NCBI GenBank assembly: GCA_964016885.1
Contig: OZ024766.1
Location: 744,001-808,000, forward strand
DNA from: Eledone cirrhosa
Lineage: Eukaryota
Reading direction: 5' to 3'
DNA length: 64,000 bases
The translations under genes were made by a program, and so were the position numbers. Shown one piece after another: positions 56,864 through 64,000 of the stretch. Within the stretch, counting starts at the first letter, position 1. The number at the start of each line of letters is the position of its first letter. The notes beneath the pieces were generated by a model, which saw only the letters and a list, made by a program, of their open reading frames with translations, was not told the DNA's origin and ran no database searches.

Positions 56864-58593
56864 CTTACTAACTACGGCACATCGGCGACGCCACGTGGAC
56901 TCTGCAGCGCCACCACCACCTTCCAGCCGTAACTTGAGCTGTACCTGCTTCCGTCTGTTGTTGTAGACAACTTGGAAGCTGCTCGGCTTGTGACTGCATC
57001 CATTGGACACCAAGCTGACCACTCCAGACTCCTCCACTCCTCTGTCGACACCTCCACCACCACCACCTCTACCACCACCACCACCACCACCTCTATCACT
57101 TCTACCACCACCACCAACACCTCTACCACCACCGCCTCTACCACCACCACCACCACCACCAACACCTCTACCACCACCACCACCACCACCTTTACCACCA
57201 CTACCACCACCTCTACCACCACCACCACCATCACTACTACCACCACCACCTCTACCACCACCACCGCCACCACCAACACCTCTACCACCAACACCTCTAC
57301 CACCACCTCTACCACCACCTCTACCACCACCACCACCATCACTACTACCACCACCACCGCCGCCACCACCATCACTACTACCACCACCTCTATCACCTCT
57401 CCCGCCACCATCATTACTACTATCACTACTACTATCACCACCACCAACACCACCAACACCACCTCTACCACCTCCTCTATCAACACCACCAACACCACCA
57501 ACACCACCACCTCTACCAACACCACCACCACCATCACTACTACCACCACCTCTATCACCTCTACCGCCACCATCATTACTACTATCACCACCACCACCAC
57601 CACCACCATCACTACTACCACCACCACCACCACCAACACCACCACCACCAACACCTCTACTACCACCACCACCACCCCCACCATCACTACTACCACCACC
57701 TCTATCACCTCTCCCGCCACCATCATTACTACTACCACCACCACCACAACCATCACCTCTACCACCACCACCAACACCACCACCACCAACACCTCTACTA
57801 CCACCACCACCACCACCACTGTCCTCTCCTGTACACCTCACCGGCCCTCCACCAGGTTTGAACTTGAAACTTATTCTGGTGTTTTGGCCCCAAGTATTCC
57901 CGTTGAAGTAGGGAACCCGAAGGTATGTGTTGCCATCAAAGGGGTCACCTCTCCTTCTGTGGCGGTGGTCATCTGGATTGTCACCATTACTGCTATGGCT
58001 GTCATCATGTATTTTGTTGTTACTGTTGTTGTTGTTGTTGTTACTGTTGTTGTTGTTACTGTTGTTGTTGTTGTTGTTGTTGTTGTTCATCAAACGACTA
58101 CCACTGCTACTACTACTACCACCACCACCACTACCACCACCATTACTACTACCACCACTACCACCACCACTACTACCACCACCACTACTACCACTACTAC
58201 TACCACTACTACTACCACTACTACTACCACCACCACTACTACCACTACTACTACCACTACTACTACCACTACTACCACTACTACTACCACTACTACTACC
58301 ACTACTACTACCACCACCACCGCCACCACTACTACCACTACTACCACTACTACTACCACCACCACCGCCACCACTACTACCATCACTACTACTACCACCA
58401 CCACCGCCACCACTACTACTACTACTACTACCACCACTACCACCACCACTACTACCACCACTACTACTGTAGTAGTGGTACCGCCCAACAAAGAGTTGTC
58501 TGTCGGAATGGTCTGCAATGTCTGAAGACAGCGGCAGATTCAAGAGTTGTTCACAGAGAGGTTCCAGTTGTTGCTGATGATGATGATTGTCAT
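56864..58593 (-). CDS. Pif-like protein exon (1730 nt): laminin-G-like domain interrupted by poly-Gly/Ser/Asn expansions
   Basis: Acceptor ctctctcaccag| (phase 1, fits previous exon) and donor AAG|gtaagt. Blocks CEQLLNLPLSSDIADHSDRQLFVG, PFDGNTYLRVPYFNGNTWGQNTRISFKFK and GVVSLVSNGCSHKPSSFQV resemble the LamG domain of molluscan Pif/BMSP-like proteins (recognised by eye). Confidence 0.7.
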
Positions 58594-58811
58594 CTGGTGA
58601 GAGAGAGATGGAGAGGTCACAGAATGTGTGACGAAAGAACTTTGACAATATATGAACAACCATCCGGAAATTTACAATAAATTGAAGTGAAAGCAACTGG
58701 TGCGTGTGTTTCTTATTGGCAACATGACCCTCCCAAAGTATAACAATATCGGTTTCAACACACGTTTTCAGATAAAGAATCTTGCTAAACAAATTCAGAA
58801 ACGAAATATAT

Positions 58812-58814
<3 letters not shown>

Positions 58815-58846
<32 letters not shown>

Positions 58847-60973
58847 TTTACGTCCGCTTTTCCCTGCTTGCAAGGGTGGGACGGGTCTTATTCAGCACAG
58901 CATCTCTCCACTCGTCACGGTCCCTCGTCATCTCCACCGTGAGCTTCAATGATCTGAGGTCTGTTCTCACCACCTCCGCCCATGTTTTTCGTGGTCTACC
59001 TCTACCACGTCTTCCTTCAATTGGCATTTCCTGGCACTTCTTCACCCATCGGTCATCCTCCATGCGCATCACATGTCCATACCACCTCAGTCTCCTCTCC
59101 CGTACACTACATTCTATCCCTCTCAGACACAGTTTCTCTCTCAACACATCACATGTCCATACCACCTCAGTCTCCTCTCCCGTACACTACATTCTATCCC
59201 TCTCAGACACAGTTTCTCTCTCAACACATCACATGTCCATACCACCTCAGTCTCCTCTCCCGTACACTACATTCTATCCCTCTCAGACACAGTTTCTCTC
59301 TCAACACATCACATGTCCATACCACCTCAGTCTCCTCTCCCGTACACTACATTCTATCCCTCTCAGACACAGTTTCTCTCTCAACACATCACATGTCCAT
59401 ACCACCTCAGTCTCCTCTCCCGTACACTACATTCTATCCCTCTCAGACACAGTTTCTCTCTCAACACATCACATGTCCATACCACCTCAGTCTCCTCTCC
59501 CGTACACTACATTCTATCCCTCTCAGACAGTTTCTCTCTCAACACATCACATGTCCATACCACCTCAGTCTCCTCTCCCGTACACTACATTCTATCCCTC
59601 TCAGACAGTTTCTCTCTCAACACATCACATGTCCATACCACCTCAGTCTCCTCTCCCGTACACTACATTCTATCCTTCTCAGACACAGTTTCTCTCTCAA
59701 CACATCACATGTCCATACCACCTCAGTCTCCTCTCCCGTACACTACATTCTATCCCTCTCAGACACAGTTTCTCTCTCAACACATCACATGTCCATACCA
59801 CCTCAGTCTCCTCTCCTGTACACTACATTCTATCCCTCTCAGACAGTTTCTCTCTCAACACATCACATGTCCATACCACCTCAGTCTCCTCTCCCGTACA
59901 CTACATTCTATCCCTCTCAGACACAGTTTCTCTCTCAACACATCACATGTCCATACCACCTCAGTCTCCTCTCCCGTACACTACATTCTATCCCTCTCAG
60001 ACACAGTTTCTCTCTCAACACATCACATGTCCATACCACCTCAGTCTCCTCTCCCGTACACTACATTCTATCCCTCTCAGACAGTTTCTCTCTCAACACA
60101 TCACATGTCCATACCACCTCAGTCTCCTCTCCCGTACACTACATTCTATCCCTCTCAGACAGTTTCTCTCTCAACACATCACATGTCCATACCACCTCAG
60201 TCTCCTCTCCCGTACACTACATTCTATCCTTCTCAGACACAGTTTCTCTCTCAACACATCACATGTCCATACCACCTCAGTCTCCTCTCCCGTACACTAC
60301 ATTCTATCCCTCTCAGACACAGTTTCTCTCTCAACACATCACATGTCCATACCACCTCAGTCTCCTCTCCCGTACACTACATTCTATCCCTCTCAGACAC
60401 AGTTTCTCTCTCAACACATCACATGTCCATACCACCTCAGTCTCCTCTCCCGTACACTACATTCTATCCCTCTCAGACACAGTTTCTCTCTCAACACATC
60501 ACATGTCCATACCACCTCAGTCTCCTCTCCCGTACACTACATTCTATCCCTCTCAGACACAGTTTCTCTCTCAACACATCACATGTCCATACCACCTCAG
60601 TCTTCTCTCCCGTACACTACATTCTATCCCTCTCAGACACAGTTTCTCTCTCAACACATCACATGTCCATACCACCTCAGTCTTCTCTCCCGTACACTAC
60701 ATTCTATCCCTCTCAGACACAGTTTCTCTCTCAACACATCACATGTCCATACCACCTCAGTCTTCTCTCCCGTACACTACATTCTATCCCTCTCAGACAC
60801 AGTTTCTCTCTCAACACATCACATGTCCATACCACCTCAGTCTTCTCTCCCGTACACTACATTCTATCCCTCTCAGACACAGTTTCTCTCTCAACACATC
60901 ACATGTCCATACCACCTCAGTCTCCTCTCCCGTACACTACATTCTATCCCTCTCAGACACAGTTTCTCTCTCA

Positions 60974-60977
<4 letters not shown>
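58815..60977 (-). mobile_element. RTE LINE 3' end with 78/80-bp array (about 24 copies)
   Basis: LREKLCLRGIECSVRERRLRWYGHV repeated, then MRMEDDRWVKKC...[14 protein letters not shown] and (ATG)n. Confidence 0.9.
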
Positions 60978-61019
<42 letters not shown>

Positions 61020-61021
<2 letters not shown>

Positions 61022-61232
61022 GGGACGACTTGATAAATTCCGACCTCACACACTTACACCTCTCCAAGACAATGTCACTGGACCGAGATCTTTGGCGCTA
61101 CACAGTAATAGAGAAGACCTGCCAGACAGTCCTATATGAGCAAGACAACCACTCTTGCCTCAAGTGGGAAAACTCCCGTCCAAACCCATGCAAGCGTGGA
61201 ATATGGACGTTAAACGATGATGATGATGATGA
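61020..61232 (+). mobile_element. RTE-like 3' tail remnant
   Basis: WDDLINSDL...MSLDRDLWRYTV, then cccgtccaaacccatgcaagcgtggaatatggacgttaaacgatgatg. Confidence 0.65.
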
Positions 61233-61336
61233 TATATATATATATTATATATAAATAGGTAAGTTATTCCGGGTTGAATCGGAGGTAACCACAGTAAGTA
61301 AGGTACTCAATACATAGCAGAGTATAAAAGTTTTAA

Positions 61337-61467
61337 TTTAATATAGATGAGATTCTACAGGACTAGAACTGTTTCATTCTTTAGAAATCATCAGGAATCT
61401 GATTGCTGATGATTTCTAAAGAATGAAAGAAACAGTTCTAGTCCTGTAGAATCTCATCTATATTAAA
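61337..61467. other. Fold-back with two opposed hammerhead-like cores
   Basis: Inverted arms each carrying CTGATGA-TTTC TAAA GAAT-GAAA(C)AGTTCTAGTC. The flank 61265-61375 is also present at 48325-48435. Confidence 0.55.
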
Positions 61468-62301
61468 ACTTATATATATATATATATATCGTATTTCTTT
61501 GGAGATACGAAATATTTATACATATTGTATAAAGCTATGCTTGAAGCGAAATCCTATTTCTATGTATATATATAACTTTAAACTTTATAGTGTTATGTCT
61601 ATAAAGTTATCTTGGTACCACAACATCCAGTCCTAAATAAATGTGGTCGTGTAGGTGTCACGACAAAAAAAAAACACACAGTCTACGCTGTAATGTGGCC
61701 GTGTAGGTAACACGGTAAGAACCTCCTAGGCCACGCTGTAATGTGGCTGTGTAGGTAACATGGTAAAAACCTCCTAGGCCACGCTGTAATGTGGCCGTGT
61801 AGGTAACACGGTAAAAACCTCCCAGTCCACGCTGTAAACATGGTTGGTGTTAGGAAGAGCATCCAGCCGTAGAAAACCTGCCAGATAGTCCTATATGAGC
61901 AAGACACGGTCACCCGACCAATCTTGCCTCACGTAGGACAATTCCCGTCTAAATCCATGCTCGCGTGGAAGATAGACGTTAAACGATGATGATGTATATA
62001 AAATATATACATATGCTTCCAGTTCCTAAGAGGAGTAACAACCCACCCATGACCTGGGTAAAAAAGAGAGGAAGAAGAAGAAAACAAAGGATGAGGGGGT
62101 AAAATACTGACCTTGCTGTTGAATAAAGGTACACGTACAGAGTCTTTGTGACCATTGAGTGGCCGGAGCACAGTGTCTACTGACCCATCTCCCTTCAGCC
62201 GATTGCTGGTCAAACATGAAACGATTCCCTCTGTGGGGTCTGTACTGCCAGCAGGGTAAACCTAGTGGAGGAAGGAAACCTTGATTTGTAAGAGAGTTTA
62301 A

Positions 62302-63478
62302 TTAACCCTTTACATCACATAACATTTACATTACTCTATATATACTATTGTATTTTCACAGTAAAGGCTTTACCTCACATAATACCTCACATAACATTTA
62401 CATTACTCTATATATACTATTGTATTGTCACAGTAAAGGCTTTACCTCACATAATATCTCACATAACATTTACATTACTCTATATATACTATTGTATTTT
62501 CACAGTAAAGGCTTTACCTCACATAATATCTCACATAACATTTACATTACTCTATATATACTATTGTATTGTCACAGTAAAGGCTTTACCTCACATAATA
62601 TCTCACATAACATTTACATTACTCTATATATACTATTGTATTTTCACAGTAAAGGCTTTACCTCACATAATATCTCACATAACATTTACATTACTCTATA
62701 TATACTATTGTATTGTCACAGTAAAGGCTTTACCTCACATAATATCTCACATAACATTTACATTACTCTATATATACTATTGTATTTTCACAGTAAAGGC
62801 TTTACCTCACATAATATCTCACATAACATTTACATTACTCTATATATACTATTGTATTGTCACAGTAAAGTCTTTACCTCACATAATATCTCACATAACA
62901 TTTACATTACTCTATATATACTATTGTATTTTCACAGTAAAGACTTTACCTCACATAATATCTCACATAACATTTACATTACTCTATATATACTATTGTA
63001 TTGTCACAGTAAAGGCTTTACCTCACATAATATCTCACATAACATTTACATTACTCTATATATACTATTGTATTGTCACAGTAAAGGCTTTACCTCACAT
63101 AATATCTCACATAACATTTACATTACTCTATATATACTATTGTATTTTCACAGTAAAGGCTTTACCTCACATAACATTTACATTACTCTATATATACTAT
63201 TGTATTGTCACAGTAAAGTCTTTACCTCACATAATATCTCACATAACATTTACATTACTCTATATATACTATTGTATTTTCACAGTAAAGGCTTTACCTC
63301 ACATAACATTTACATTACTCTATATATACTATTGTATTGTCACAGTAAAGTCTTTACCTCACATAATATCTCACATAACATTTACATTACTCTATATATA
63401 CTATTGTATTGTCACAGTAAAGGCTTTACCTCACATAATATCTCACAACATTTACATTACTCTATATATACTATTGTA
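62302..63478 (+). mobile_element. piggyBac-type MITE left end with 72-bp array (about 16 copies)
   Basis: TTAACCCTTT followed by the array. Right end not seen. Confidence 0.75.
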
Positions 63479-63575
63479 TGTTCACAACAACAACAGTAGC
63501 AACAACAACAACAGCTATAATAACAATTGTGTGTATTTATATAAGAGTAAAATAAGAAATATATATCTCACTTAC

Positions 63576-64000
63576 CAACATCGATGTGCGGCTGTCGTCT
63601 GGATGTTGACAGGACTGTGGTTTGCTGGCTGTTGGCAGTAGGGGAGGTTCGGCCCCTAGCCCTCGTAACCGACGGCGACGGCGACGACGACGAATGATGT
63701 AGAGATGAAGAGGAGGAGAAAACTGTGGTGGTCGTCGTCGAAGGGGACCTGTTGGCCGAAGAGGTCAGAATAGGGGGCTTGTCCGGACAGCGTCGCAGCA
63801 CACCACCACCACCACCACCTCCGCCGCCACCAAAGCTCCTCTCCGGGCCACCCTGCAGCAGTCTCGGTCGAACACACTGGCACAGTGGCTGGTCCCACAC
63901 AAGCCCGGCCCCGCACCGTCGCACCACCCACAGGAACTTGAACAGCTTCCGCTCGTAAAGGTTTCCACTGAGGGGGTTCATCCTGTAGCCGTGGCAACGG
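63576..64000 (-). CDS. Pif-like protein exon (5' truncated by window): chitin-binding/peritrophin-like Cys module plus Gly/Ser/Thr-rich linker
   Basis: Open frame RCHGYRMNPLSGNLYERKLFKFLWVVRRCGAGLVWDQPLCQCVRP...HIDV. The C-x2-G-L-V-W-D-x3-C-x-C motif resembles ChtBD2-type modules. GC-rich. Strong donor G|gtaagt at 63575, phase 1. Confidence 0.7.

Noticed and set aside
56972-58525. Thr-rich mucin or Pro-rich extensin ORFs on the + strand
   Set aside because: Antisense shadows of the Gly-rich exon. The splice sites and conserved motifs are on the - strand.
58876-61254. 680-790-aa ORFs on the + strand
   Set aside because: Antisense of an RTE-derived 80-bp array.
62348-63499. YFHSKGFTSHNISHNIYITLYILL repeat protein
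   Set aside because: A 72-bp MITE-internal satellite present in both orientations at several loci.

Overview
Repeat-dense eukaryotic (animal) genomic DNA. Huge (TA)n/(TG)n microsatellites, a tRNA/CORE-type SINE, RTE LINE remnants and a Pif-like gene point to a coleoid cephalopod such as an octopus (inference). Two spliced genes are recoverable. (1) Rab10 on the + strand: coding exons 2-6 at 33020-40759, all GT-AG with consistent phases, ending ...SRKCCL*. Exon 1 was not found and probably lies left of the window. (2) A Pif-like chitin-binding + laminin-G gene on the - strand, entering from the right edge (exons 64000-63576, 58593-56864, 56281-56182, and tentatively 55932-55604 and 53130-53086). 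Its LamG domain is split by long Gly/Ser/Asn triplet expansions. The rest is transposon-derived: about 16 copies of a modular SINE, RTE 3' ends, TTAA-flanked piggyBac-type MITEs, a deleted mariner, a Penelope-like GIY-YIG fragment, and young minisatellites that arose inside these elements. The most notable observations are: several minimal hammerhead-ribozyme motifs, antisense in four successive Rab10 introns and at the centres of fold-backs; a diverged 104-bp triple-hairpin array in Rab10 intron 2 sharing a hairpin with the SINE; loop micro-inversion and fold-back at that hairpin; three frameshifting duplicate splice acceptors before the Rab10 prenylation exon; and an in-frame TGA in a phase-consistent Pif-like exon. 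Almost all long ORFs in the supplied track are repeat artefacts. Repeat boundaries and copy numbers were read by eye and are approximate.
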